A stretch of DNA of 62,864 bases, counting the filler, from Choristocarpus tenellus KU-1152 (Eukaryota > Protista > Phaeophyceae), in NCBI GenBank assembly GCA_964200185.2. It is 10 parts of 10 records of this genome, joined end to end, with 100 filler letters (N's around TTAATTAATTAA, not from the genome) between each part and the next. Parts side by side here need not be neighbours in the genome. Positions count along the whole stretch, not along the records: positions 36,032 to 45,847 come from CAXNAD020003367.1; positions 45,948 to 50,820 come from CAXNAD020012709.1; positions 50,921 to 55,562 come from CAXNAD020013665.1; 7 more parts are not named here. One strand, given 5' to 3'. Below the pieces are notes generated by a model. It ran no database searches. It was not told where the DNA came from and was given only the letters and a program-made list of their open reading frames with translations. The position numbers and the translations under genes are program-made. Of this stretch, positions 39,701 through 51,829 are shown piece after piece. The first letter of the stretch is position 1; each line of letters begins with the position of its first letter.

Positions 39701-41632
39701 TGATGTAGGGGGGCTTGAATTAGGACACCTTTTTTTAAAACATGTAAGTAAGAATTTTGCACGTTGCTGGGGTAACTTAGAATGCTGCAGGAGGAATGAG
39801 TGCATGGGTTGGTTGTGACTGTTACGCTTTTTGTGAACAGCGGGAGTTGGTAGTGCAATAGAGATAGAGAGGTGCTTTGTGTATTCACAACCTGTTCTAA
39901 AAAGAAAGGTGAAAACTGACTGTTGGAAGGCGTCCATACGAAAATATATGTTCAAGGTACTTTTGTACTTTGGGTGAATTTTTAAAATTGCGGTGTCGTG
40001 GTATATTTTTATTATACTGACTTCCCATGGTATATCTTTTATTGTCATATGGATAAACAAAGTCTTGCTTGTCTGCAAGCAAAAAAATGTTAGAATCGTG
40101 ATGTTGATTATGAAGTTTAGGTTACGATAATGTTTTTTGGGAGTTTTCATTTTTTTTTTCTCGAGACCTTTGATTATTTGGTATTGTGTTGTCCTTCAGG
40201 TGCTCGATAATTTATTGAAAGGTGTGTTTACTCACTGGTGCAATGTTCTTGTGATATTTTGTTTGCTTGTATGGCACATGGACTGTGTCTGGCATAATAT
40301 AGGGTGAACGTTTCCATGAGTTCAAAAAAGACAACTTCTATCAGATACAGTGGCGGCCAAGACCGGCTTCACTTCTCACAGTGGAGGATAAGAAGAAGGT
40401 CATCAAGAACCTCAAGAAGGTATGTACCGGTCTATCAACAGTTGTTTCATTTATTTTGCATATATATATATATCTTTTTTGGTGGAACATATGTGTGCTG
40501 ATGAGATAGTTCAACAAAAAAAAGTGCCGGCAAGTACGCAACGATTAACATCAACATTCAAGCATTTTTTTATTAGTTTTTTTTGTCATTACTTTTTAAT
40601 TCTTTTTTGTCTTTGTATGTATGTGTGTGTATTCTCCCATCCGTACATTAACGACAGATTTAATTGGACAGAAGTTTTTTTTGAACGTAACACTCTGTGG
40701 CGCACCCAAGAGGTCTAATTATTATTCTTTTACACGGTTATGTTTTGATTCTTGTCCCTCCCTAACCCTAACCCTCAGTACGAGCGTAAGTTTGAGAAGG
40801 AAGATAAGGAGAAGGACCGCAGGAAGGCTAGGGAGGCTATGTCTGATAAGATCAGAATGAAGATGGAGTTCAGGGAGCAGGTTTGTGTCCGCCTGTGGCT
40901 TGCCTTTTTTTTATTGTGCATGTTGGGTGGGTGGAGACTGGACTACCTCTGGTACTGGTTCATGTTTCATTTTGTTCTTTTAACTCCCTACAGTTGAAGT
41001 TGTGAGTCCGTGGAATGCCTTATCGTTAAGGAGGCGTGTGCTCAGCTGACTGGAGAATCCTCACCACCTTGTGATGGGATCACCATTCTTAACCATTGAG
41101 AGGATTGATAGAGATTTGCTGCGCAGCTTCCGTGGTCATTTTGTAAAACACATTCCTGTAGTGATAGTGTGTACAGAGTTGGAAGTTCTTGCACACTACA
41201 ATTTTTTCCTATTATTTTTACCGACTTTGTGGTCAAGGGTTAGGGAGTTATTACTATTGGGTTGGTGTGAACACTGCCCAATTTCCTCCTCTTTTTGCCA
41301 TTTTAGAGTGCCGTTTTGTAAGCCTTGTTTTTTTGTGACATGCCACAAAGTCATTGATATTGTAATGGTGTGTGTCTTTCCATATTTTCCTGTATGTATG
41401 CAGTGTTGCTGAATAGAAAAGCCTTCCTACTTTTTAGCTGAATGTAACTGTCTTGTTGTTTGTGTGTGCATGATTGTAACTGAAGCTTGCGGCAATGAGG
41501 AGTCGACTGGAGGGAAGAAGACACGAGCTCGTTGATTTGAGGAATGGGTATGACTCCGATGATGAAGGGCACTATGTGATTGACTCCAGGGCTCGTGAAG
41601 TCATCTTATCTATCAAGGAGGTCATAGTCTAG
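36674..41632 (+). CDS. EIF3B: Eukaryotic translation initiation factor 3 subunit B, 3' part
   Basis: Exons 36674-36838, 37667-37810, 38465-38635, 40303-40419, 40779-40880, 41486-41632, all phase 0: [11 protein letters not shown]…[12 protein letters not shown]…IYWSPMG…NGRLEFYDV…EWDPSGRY…[12 protein letters not shown]…[14 protein letters not shown]…[14 protein letters not shown]…stop. Confidence 0.93.
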
Positions 41633-43551
41633 TTGTAGATGGTAGAGCAAGATGGAGGGGATGATGTGAAATGATTTTTTTTGTAGAGGTTATCTGCAAG
41701 AGAGTATGCAGAAAGGTGCATGGGTGGATTGGCAAGGAGGGCACCAATAAAAGCTTGAGAAGTGTGGTGAGATTGTGACTATTGACTAGGAGCTGAGAGT
41801 CATTGTAGCATCTCCTCTCTTTTGTTGTGGATAGGATAGTAAGAAAGAGTGGGTGCTAGGTGTTGTATCTAGTCCACCAGTAGTCAGCTCTCTTCTCAGG
41901 CAATGTGAACAACGCAGAATGCTCATTTTTAACTGTTATTGATACCTTTAATGTAATGTGTACAACCCACCTTGTGAGTTGATACATGTGTATGTGCACA
42001 CTGTTGGTGTTTCTGATATATGGTTTTAAATGCCAACATGTTGGTCATGAAAGGAAAAGTGCTCTCTTTTGTCTTGTGGTGCTTTGTCTGTTGATTCCAA
42101 CCACTGACTGCAGTACTCTACTCTGTTAAAGGCATACATTTACTTACCAGCTGTGTGATGGATGAGTGTGTGATGTGTGGGTATTCTGCACAAGGTCTAG
42201 AGAACTGGAGGAAATACTAAATGCTTAGGATCATTGCTTGCACTTGTGTACAACAATTTTTTTCAAGGGAGAATCTGATAGAACTATATCACTGACTCTA
42301 TTGGGAAAAACTGGGTATGGGGTAAATTTGAATACGTAGAACATATGCTCATGTTTCCTTTGAGTGTTGTTATTGATGTGGTGATCAGTGTCATCTATGG
42401 TTCCCATGAACATTGGTATGTTTTTAGTGGGTGGAGGTACTTCAATCACCCCCCTACTGGTTATCGTAATGGAGGGGCAATGAAGCAGTTTGGCAGTTAC
42501 ATTCTGGTTTTTGAAATAAGATTGAATTAAGTGATGTCCTTGCTTTGTGTTCAAAAGTGATGTCCATCTCAACTCACAAACTATCACAATAGTAATGCTA
42601 ATGCTCTTTCTGTAATTGTGCAAAATGGCATCCTCTTGCCTTTCTAGGGACAACGCTGACATGATCAAACCACAGTCAAACAAAGGGAGAGTGAAAGCTG
42701 CTTTGATAAAAAAAAAGATAACATGAAGAGCAAAAGAATAATAATGCCAGGACCGGGAGGGGGAAATGTACTCAAAAGGCAACCCTGCCTACCTCTAAAT
42801 TGATTTGTTACAGTTACAGAATAAAGAATAAAAAAGAGCACCTCTGCTTCTACAGATGCAAGGATCCTTCATCTTGAAACCGCCTCTATTGCAAATCTAT
42901 CCATTAAACTACTTGTTGCTTCACGGTACAGACAGAGGAGTTAACTGTAATGAGAAAAATGGAGGACAAATAACATGGAACTGCAATTCCACTGAGCAAT
43001 CCAAGCAAACCACAACATTTAGCAGTAGTGAGTACATACTGCCAAGTGCCTTCAACAGTGTCAGATGAGATTCAAATTTCAACCACTCTTCAACTACAAC
43101 CCAAGTGAACACACACACTTCCTCAATCATAGAGGAGTCACTCTACACTACAAACAAAGAATACACCTCACTGACAGATTTAGAGGTATACCTTTTGCTT
43201 GCTGGTTTTACAAACAAAACCCTTCACAAGCAGGAGACACACAGTGCCACATACCACCATTTAGTTGCACCAACTCAACTGCACTACAAAAACGTGATAA
43301 ACAGAGCGAGGCGAGTGAGCTGGCTACATCCTCAAATCATCGCTCCTCATCAATTATGCATGGGAAAGGGAAGCTGTCGTTGAAGTCACAACGCCCCTAT
43401 GGCACACAAAAAAAAACATCCCTCAGTTAAATAAAAAGAACAAATCAAGACAATATTGCTGGGGATATCTGCTACCAAAGCTACAACAGTCCATATGCAC
43501 AAGAGGAGATACCTTCCTGAAAAACAAAAACGTACCCATCAAGGCGTCCTA

Positions 43552-43734
43552 CTACTTGGTCATTTTGGATGCTGGAATTCGTGGCCTGTGAATGTCAAAA
43601 GTGGAGGTCACCCGTGCATAGGTGTTTCCTCCCATCCTCCCCATAGGCTCATAGTCTTCGAGTCTCACTGTGGGCTTGCCTTCCCCAGCACCAGCTTCAT
43701 CCAGTGCAAAAGGGAGAACATGAAACATAACAAC
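43552..43734 (-). CDS. Terminal exon of a flavin reductase-like (FMN-binding split-barrel) protein
   Basis: CAG acceptor then VVMFHV…YEPMGRMGGNTYARVTSTFDIHRP…stop, typical of the family C-terminus (P.GRLGG..Y…F…RP). Upstream exons not found. Confidence 0.65.
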   Translation of the reverse strand, partial: VVMFHVLPFALDEAGAGEGKPTVRLEDYEPMGRMGGNTYARVTSTFDIHRPRIPASKMTK

Positions 43735-44433
43735 CTGCACATCCAACATAGAGAGTAAGGTTCATCGTAGTACCATGATAAATGGGGTGGGGGAGGGGGG
43801 TGTCAATGAACAAAAAGATAGACAATCGGGTTGTACATATACCACTACACTAATGTCAGTACATTGGATACTGCAATTCTAGCACTTACTGAGGAAATGT
43901 TCTTAGGGTTAGGGTTAGTCTTATAGAAGGAAAAAGAGAATCAATGACCCCCCTGGAAAATTCAAGGAAGGTGACCCTCTAACCTCTTAAGCACTTACAA
44001 AATGACAAATCTATGAGGAGAAAGAGCTATCCCAAGTGTGCCAATTTGGAGGAGAATCGACCTCAACTTCTGATTCTACTCTGTGGCAACAGACAGCACA
44101 ACGCTCTTAAAAACGCCTTCCTTCACCGATCAGATATTGGAACAACTTCCCTTGTTTTGTCTCCCACCCCACTATCTCAAATACTCCATATTTCATAACA
44201 CACTACCTTTACCCATGACAAACAGAATTCTCGCATAACCCAACTCTCTCAAAGGGTACAGAATTTCCCACACAAGAAACAAGACCATTTTTTTTCTTTT
44301 CTTTTCTTTTAAGTTACAGAGTACATACGCCTCCACGAGAGTTACCGGCAGATAACACACACAAAACACACACTATATATATATATATATATTTCAGATC
44401 AAACAGCATGGACCACCATGGAAGGCGACGGTC

Positions 44434-44478
44434 CTTGAAGATCAAACGGTTGAAGATCAAACGGTTGAAGATCAAACA
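44434..44478 (+). repeat. 15-bp tandem repeat x3 (TTGAAGATCAAACGG)
   Basis: Directly visible. Confidence 0.85.
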
Positions 44479-45947
44479 GAGTCAATAGATAAACACTAAT
44501 CTACATCAACTCATGTTTTGCTCAAGAAAGGCTCAAGAGTTATACATAGAGACAGGCGTATACGCACTAATTCGGGTGTATCCCCAAGGACTCCAGAGCC
44601 TTCAGACAAGCTCATAGACACATAATGTAACTGCCAGTGGTGATGTACCCATGTACCCTCTGAGCATGGCTCCCAATGTCTGAGTAGTTTCTGTTGGTGC
44701 TCAAAATAGAAAAATAATAACACCAATTGCTATTAATATTATTATTATTTTATTTATTTGTTGAACAAATTAAGGAGGAGATATTGCCTCCTTTTTAGTT
44801 ACTTGTAGCTATTGTTGGGACTTGCTTATTTTTGTTTGTCTACAGTTGGCTGTAGAAAGGTCACTTGTTGCTAGCTCTCATTCCACCAGCAACAACTAAT
44901 CATCATCATAATCATAACGATGATACATACAACAAGAAACTGATTTACTACTTACTGGTTGGTAACTGTTACACCACCAACAGAGTAAAAGTAACTGGGA
45001 GGCGTGTGTGTTCTGACGGCTGTGAGTTTTAGAATGGTTTTTTCAACTTTTTTCAGGAAGATGAAGGCACTCAAACAGGGGTGTTGGTAAAGATAGCTTC
45101 TGATAACTGGATGTAGTTAATGTACCCACAAGAGCAGACAAAGGCTCTCTAAGGATGTGGACTATGTGCTCCGAAAACATGTGCCACCAAATATTCGGAG
45201 GGGTTCTGTCAAAGCTCAGTGGCACAACCCTTTCAGTTTCTTTGGCTCTTAGCGATTTCAACATCAACAGCAACAACAATAATAACAATAATAATAATAA
45301 TAATACTGCTACTATTGCTCACCTTCCTGTATGCGAGGGGTAAGATTCACGACTTCAATTGCAACGCACATGGACCAATAGTAATAAGAGTATCCCGAAT
45401 GGGGTTAAGGTTGGGGTAACCCCACGTAAGGGAAGGCGTGTACACGATGTTATACCTACCTCCCTCCCAGAACACGGTTTGATTCAAACGTGCTCGTTTC
45501 ATCACTCATATCAATAAAAATTAAAAAATAAACGTATGTATATATATATATATATATATCTCAGTCAACATTGGTATCACATTACAGAAAATAGTGACTG
45601 CTACTACTACTACAATAATAATAATAAAAATAGTGGTAATGATAAATCAAAAGAAAAAAATAAATATGAAGATACTAGAAAAAAAGGTACGGTGCGTCGT
45701 ACACTACTTCAATCAATAATAGTGCATATTCTTGGCGAGCTGTGTCTATCTCACACACACGCCTTCCTCTCGACTTCACTTGAGAACAGTATCGGGTTTG
45801 GTTTAGGGTTAGGATTAGATGTCAGGGGCAATTGATGAACACACCTCNNNNNNNNNNNNNNNNNNNNNNNNNNNNNNNNNNNNNNNNNNNNTTAATTAAT
45901 TAANNNNNNNNNNNNNNNNNNNNNNNNNNNNNNNNNNNNNNNNNNNN

Positions 45948-46095
45948 TGTTCTTGACACACCTTTTCATTACGTATACAATTCACGTACTCCGAAACATT
46001 TTGGAGTAGGAAAATGTCATAAAAAAACCCACGGGAAGCCAAACCCCAAATGGACAAACAGGGCAAAACTCATACCCTCTAAGATACTTTCACTC
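45948..46095 (-). mobile_element. MITE family B, partial at contig start
   Basis: Ends TACCCTCTAAGATACTTTCACTC; internal homology to other B copies. Confidence 0.85.
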
Positions 46096-47147
46096 ATACT
46101 CCACGTATTTTTTACGGTTTCACCACAACGTGGAAACATCACGCATCACATGCATCATGATCTACGGTCCCATATCCAGTGCATTCCCACTCCTAACCGA
46201 TGCTACTGTGGGCTGCAGGATTAACGTTGACTGCGACCCGAGAGGATCCATGGGTCACGGATAGGACGTTGGATGTTGTTATCAACAGATCCCCCCGTAC
46301 ACTCTGCGAGATTGATCATGGTGAGGAGGGTCAAACATGCCCACCAATGTCAAGATTGTCGGTGATGATGGTGCTCCGTATATCGACTTGTTGACGCATA
46401 ATCTGTACATGTGTCGGGTTATCCAAGGGCTTGCTGGGACGAAGTGGTAAATATGATGCCAGCCGAACATTGTTTCGTAATTCGGGGGTTATGTTCAAAC
46501 GATGGTCCCCTCTCAATTTTCTACTTTGGTGGTGCTAGATCCTTAGGTCTATTTGGTTGGATGCTGGGCACGATCAGGTTACACCCACGTGCAACTCAAA
46601 ATAAGTGGTTGCATCTACAAACCTACATGCTGGAAAGGTTGGCTTGGGCAAGGCAGGGCAAAATAAGGTCGACATTAACAAAATCGAACCCAAGGCTCGC
46701 AATGGTTAACCTAAGGAAGGGTGGAAAGCGAAGTATCAATTCTTCGGATACATACGCACGTGCAAACAGTTCAGGCGACGTTGCCACACCACAATATTCT
46801 GGGTGTCACATCTGATATTCTTGCCATTTGGTATCGGTCAATCATCACTATTATTGTTGTTCTTCCAGCCAGAAAAGATCGGGTCAAATCTTGATGAATG
46901 TAAGCACACCCCACACATAATACCCACTCGTCAACGGCACCAACTATGAATAATACTCCGTTTTTATCGAGCAGTATTTATCGCACCTGCAACCTTTGCA
47001 GAACCTTACCCTTGTGAAACATAATGTCCTAGATGGGGGGATGTTTAGCAAATAGTCCATTTATTTGGAACTTGATGAGGTGTTTTAAGATACCCCAGTT
47101 TGATGCCTTTTTGCGGGTGATTTTCCTTTGAATTTGGTTGAGGCAAG

Positions 47148-47488
47148 GGCCGAAAGTATCGGGGGGGGGGGGGGGGGGGGGGGGGGAACCACCCGGGGGG
47201 TGTTTTTTGGGCGAAAACAAGGAAAAAAGGCATAAAAAAATCATCCCGGAGATAAAAACAAAAAAANNNNNNNNNGGGTGGGGGGGGGGGGGGGTGGGGG
47301 GTGGGGGGGGGGGTGGGGGGGGGGGGGGGGGGGAGGGGAATCTACACCAGGGTGTTCATTTGGGCCATAACCAGGAAAAGTGCACTTACAATATCCATCC
47401 GACGTATGCAACCAAATCACACAAAATCGTGGCATGAAAAATTGACCCCAAATGAACAGCCACCACCACCCCCCCAGATATTTTGAGC
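47148..47488 (+). mobile_element. MITE family A with a garbled duplicate read around its poly-G and a small gap
   Basis: GAAAGTATCGGGGG at about 47152; intact body 47341-47488 ends CAGATATTTTGAGCC. Confidence 0.75.
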
Positions 47489-47725
47489 CAAGGAGATGGA
47501 AACGTAAGGTGCGTTCAGGTGAGGAAAAATGTCCGTACACCTGACACGTTTACTCAAATGAAATGGAAATCACTACAGGGTCACACAGGTTCCCTATGGA
47601 CGCTTGACCCTGCCTCTGGGACATTAAGATTTGTGTTTTCTTTTCCCTTAAGATTTCTGATGGTGTTATATCTTCAGTATGAATGAACAACATTCCGTAT
47701 TCCTTCCCATTGATCACTCTCAGCC

Positions 47726-50690
47726 ATGACTGTCAGCTATGATGCTCTTCTGCAGAACCCTCCGGATGTACACAGCCATATCCAGGGACGACTCTTGGGA
47801 GGGACTAGGAATTTTTCACTATGGTGGGAGCAAGGAGATACCATGCACATTATTTCCCGCCTGGCTGTAAATGCAGATTATGAACGTGTCCATGACGAGA
47901 TAGAGGAACAGTTCTTTGCGACTGTAGCCAATAGGGGTGAGAAAACATTCCAGGCTGTTTGTATATGGCTGATTGGTGGCCTCTCCTTTCTGCTAAGCTA
48001 TTCAACATCTCCGTCCATCTTAGGGCTCGATTTATCATTGCCAAGGAGGCTAACCTAAAGCAAAAGTCAAGAAGAGGTGTATTTGCTCCAAAAAATACAT
48101 CCCATGCATGACAGTTGTAACCACCTACACTCGTTGCTGCTTCATTGACAAGGGAAGCACATTCAAGGAAAATGCTAAATAGCTTCTTTCTTCTCAACAT
48201 TTATAGAATACGAGAACTGTCCATTTGTGCAATGTCGTTGCATGCATTAGGAAACTGGCTTGAAGCAGCGGATGAGGAATGCAAGGAACAGGTGAGGCTT
48301 CGAAAGGAGGAAGCTTGGAACTTGTACTCAGAGGGGAGATTAGAGAGTGCTATACCTGAATGTCTACACCTTCACCCACAAGAGAGTGCCAGCACTGGCA
48401 GGTGAACACAATGAGTATACTACTGTGTAATGACTGTGCTATGTGTTGCCTTTTGCACAACACAGTGCCACGGTCAACATTGCTTAGCCATTGGGAAGTT
48501 TGTAGCTGACTCTGGAACCTCTTGAGTTAAACCACCCAAGAGGGGGGTTGATTTTGTTCACGTTCTTTTGCAAATTAAGACCTCTTCAAACCTTACGTAT
48601 CATAAAGCACACCCATGCCTGAAATGCATATTACCCCCTTGGGAAGGTGTTGCCATGGAAGGGAAGATTAATTGTGGACGCATTGTATGCCAGAAGCACC
48701 CTCCACATAGTTTAAAACACATGGATTAAAAAGTAGTCGCAGGGGCCTTCAGAACCCAATAACACAACCCTCAGATGGTAACGCAAAGCATTACTCTTTG
48801 CAGATGGCTCTTTGCAAGAAACAAGAAACCTACATGTACTATTTTTTTTGGCACAATCTTGACCAGTGGTAAGCACTCACTTACATACTCTGTGGATCGT
48901 GTTATTTAGCCTCACTGGACTGACTCTCTCTTGGGGCTACCCAAAAAATAGTAGGGGCACAGCACAACTTGTTGTGGGCTGAAAATTTACTGGTGTGGAT
49001 TCAAGTACTATAGTACCATATAGCAGCAAGTAGAATACAGACTACGTGGTGATGTGCGGACAACCAGCTCTTCCTGCTCAACTTTCACATCACATCGGTC
49101 TTTGTGGACAGTAGATTGCTCCAGGCTTGGTGCTGGAGAATACCTCAAATTGTGCAATACAGACAACTAAGACCACGGTGTCTGAGCTTACTGTAGTTTA
49201 GTTGCAAGGATATGAGGATTACACAAGAGTTAAAAGGGAGAACTAAATCTTTAGAGCATGTGGGAATATGTTAGGAGAACTTTCTAGAGAAGTTCTAGAG
49301 ATACAGCCTTTATTAGCAGAAGTTTTGGATTCTTCAACTTTCTCGGTATCCCAAGATCAAGTCTTTAACATCTGCTTAAGGTATCTTAGAGGGTAGAGCC
49401 GCTTCCGTTTGGCAGCCAAAAACCAACATTGAAGTTTGATTTGATTTTGGCTATCATATTTGTTAGGAAATGTCATTATCCTTGTTCCAGGCACACCTGT
49501 TCATAACATATACATTTTACCTACTTCAAAACATTTCAGAGTAGGTAAAATGTCATTAAAAAAACTTGAAAATCCAAGCCCCAAATGGACAAACAGGTCA
49601 AAACTCTTACCCTCTAAGATACTTTCACTCAGACACACATTGAGCACCTGCATAGTAGGATGGGGGGTCTCAACTATGTATGCATCTCTGTTTGTTCCCA
49701 TAAGTAGGTGTGTGCTAGGGATAGCATCAGAGGCCTTGGCGAGATCAGGAAAAGGGTCAGGCGGCATGGGAAATGGCCATGGATGCCTTGTTGCTGGTGC
49801 AGGACTGCTTACAGCAGGGGAGGTTGAGTATGCTAAGGTAAGAAATGTGTCCGCATTATGGTATGAGTCCTCCGGTACTCTACAGCAGTTCGCTTTCGTT
49901 CCCCTTGTGGAATAGACAGATGAACAACAACACAATGCGCTCAGGCAAGGTGCAGTATTGAGCAATGAGTGAAAGTATCTTAGGGGGTAGAGCTGCGCGT
50001 CCGTTTTGGGGGCCAAAATCCAATGTTGCGATTTTGATGTAATTTTGGCTATCGTTTTTGTTAGGAAGTGTTAATATCCTTGTTCCATACACACCTTTTC
50101 ATAATGTATACATTCTACCCACTCTGGAACATTTCGGAATAGGAAAATTTCCTGATAAACCTGTGGGGAGTCAAGCCCCAAACGGACAAACAGAGCAAAA
50201 CTTGTACCCCCTAAGATACTTTCACTCAAATGATTCCGCCAAACAGAGGCTACAGAACTGCTTTTTGTTGTCCGACAGGGATTGGTTTTCAGTACACCAC
50301 CCCTCCATTGCACACGTGTGGGATGGACGGGAAGGGATGCTCTTTGTCCACCCACATCATCAGATGCGATTATGCAATAGTATTGCTTCAAAGTAATAGA
50401 CAAAATACTCGCCTTTGAGTCTTTGCCTTGAATGTCCCAAGCTCCTCCCCTTGTTGTTGTGCACATCCTTGGCTCAAGGCCGCATACTTACGGGCTATTC
50501 GCATGGAGGGGATGTCGGCCAAAGATGTGAAGGAAGCTGATTTGCGGCTGGCTTCCATTATGCAGCTTCAAGGATACCTAGGCCTTGCTGTGAGGCTCTA
50601 CTTGAGGGTGATATTCAGCCCTGTGGCATCAGAGAGTGACCGGTGCGTAGCAATGGGGAGAATGGAGCCCTTCATTTTATTTTTCTCTTC
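47726..50690 (+). CDS. Possible multi-exon gene or pseudogene with TPR-like helices
   Basis: Candidate exons about 47726-47950, 48251-48400, 49707-49837 and 50479-50690 (KEEAWNLYSEGRLESAI; AAYLRAIRME…ADLRLASIMQLQGYLGLAVRLYLRVI). Phases unresolved. Confidence 0.35.
49373..49630 (-). mobile_element. MITE family B
   Basis: GTATCTTAGAGGGTAG…TACCCTCTAAGATACTTTCACTC. Confidence 0.85.
49967..50227 (-). mobile_element. MITE family B
   Basis: GAGTGAAAGTATCTTAGGGGGTA…TACCCCCTAAGATACTTTCACTC (perfect 23-bp TIR); flanks CAAT/AAAT. Confidence 0.92.
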
Positions 50691-50730
50691 GAAGGAGACC
50701 ATCGAGATTTTTATTTTTCCTTCTGACATT

Positions 50731-50820
50731 GAGTGAAAGTATCTTAGAGGGTACGAGTTTTGCCCAGTTTGTCCATTTGGAGCGTGGCTTCCCACAGGTG
50801 TTTTATGTCATTTTTCTCCT
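50731..50820 (+). mobile_element. MITE family B, truncated by contig end
   Basis: Starts GAGTGAAAGTATCTTAGAGGGTA. Confidence 0.85.
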
Positions 50821-51829
50821 NNNNNNNNNNNNNNNNNNNNNNNNNNNNNNNNNNNNNNNNNNNNTTAATTAATTAANNNNNNNNNNNNNNNNNNNNNNNN
50901 NNNNNNNNNNNNNNNNNNNNCACCCCCTCCCACATTGGCGTATGTATAATGTACAGGCTTATTTTAGAGACGCACAATATACTTTTTTGTATGCTTGATA
51001 CTATACGTCACATACGTAATATGTAGTAGCAATTTTGAGTGGGACCTTGAACCTTCCACCTTCTTTTCATAGCAACTGAAAAAACAAGGAGGTTTCACTT
51101 TACACTACAATATAGTAATAGTAGTAAACAACAAACTGTATTTTGACAATCTTCATAATTTTTCAAATATATTTTTATTTATTGAACTTAATAATACCCA
51201 TTCCCTAAATTGTGAATAGTGTAACTATTTTATTAAGTGGATTTTTATGTTAAACAAGACAAGTAAATCATAGTTCTTTGTGGTAAAATCATTCTATATA
51301 CTAATTTTAACAGCTTGTATAGTACTCAAGTTTTGACAAAAAGTGCTGCAGAATTTAATATAACATCAATAATTGAGAATGAAAAAATTTATAGAAGAAT
51401 TGGAGAAAAAAATTTCCCTATAATAAATCAACCGCTGTAGTGGTGAAGGAGCAACTCTGATTCATCAAGTACTATATATATATAGGAAAATGATGAGGTA
51501 ATATACTGGACATTACTGACACCCTCTTGATTAAAAAATGGGTTTGTGTTGGTGTATGATATTGTGACGGCTTTAGACTTGGCGTGTCCAATTCTATATA
51601 GAATGTGAGCCAACTCTTTCCAAATACGATTTCGCACATATTTTTTTTTATCATTTCAAATTGGTTGCAGGTACTAACTATTGTAGAGTTGTACTAAATG
51701 TTGAAGGATGAATGAATTGGCTCTCAACCTAGTTCACCTTGCTCTCTTTTGAGATGTTTTCCTCAGCATCTTCATCCCAACACCCAAGAATAGTGAAACG
51801 AGAGAGTAAACGAATTGGCTCATTGAAAC

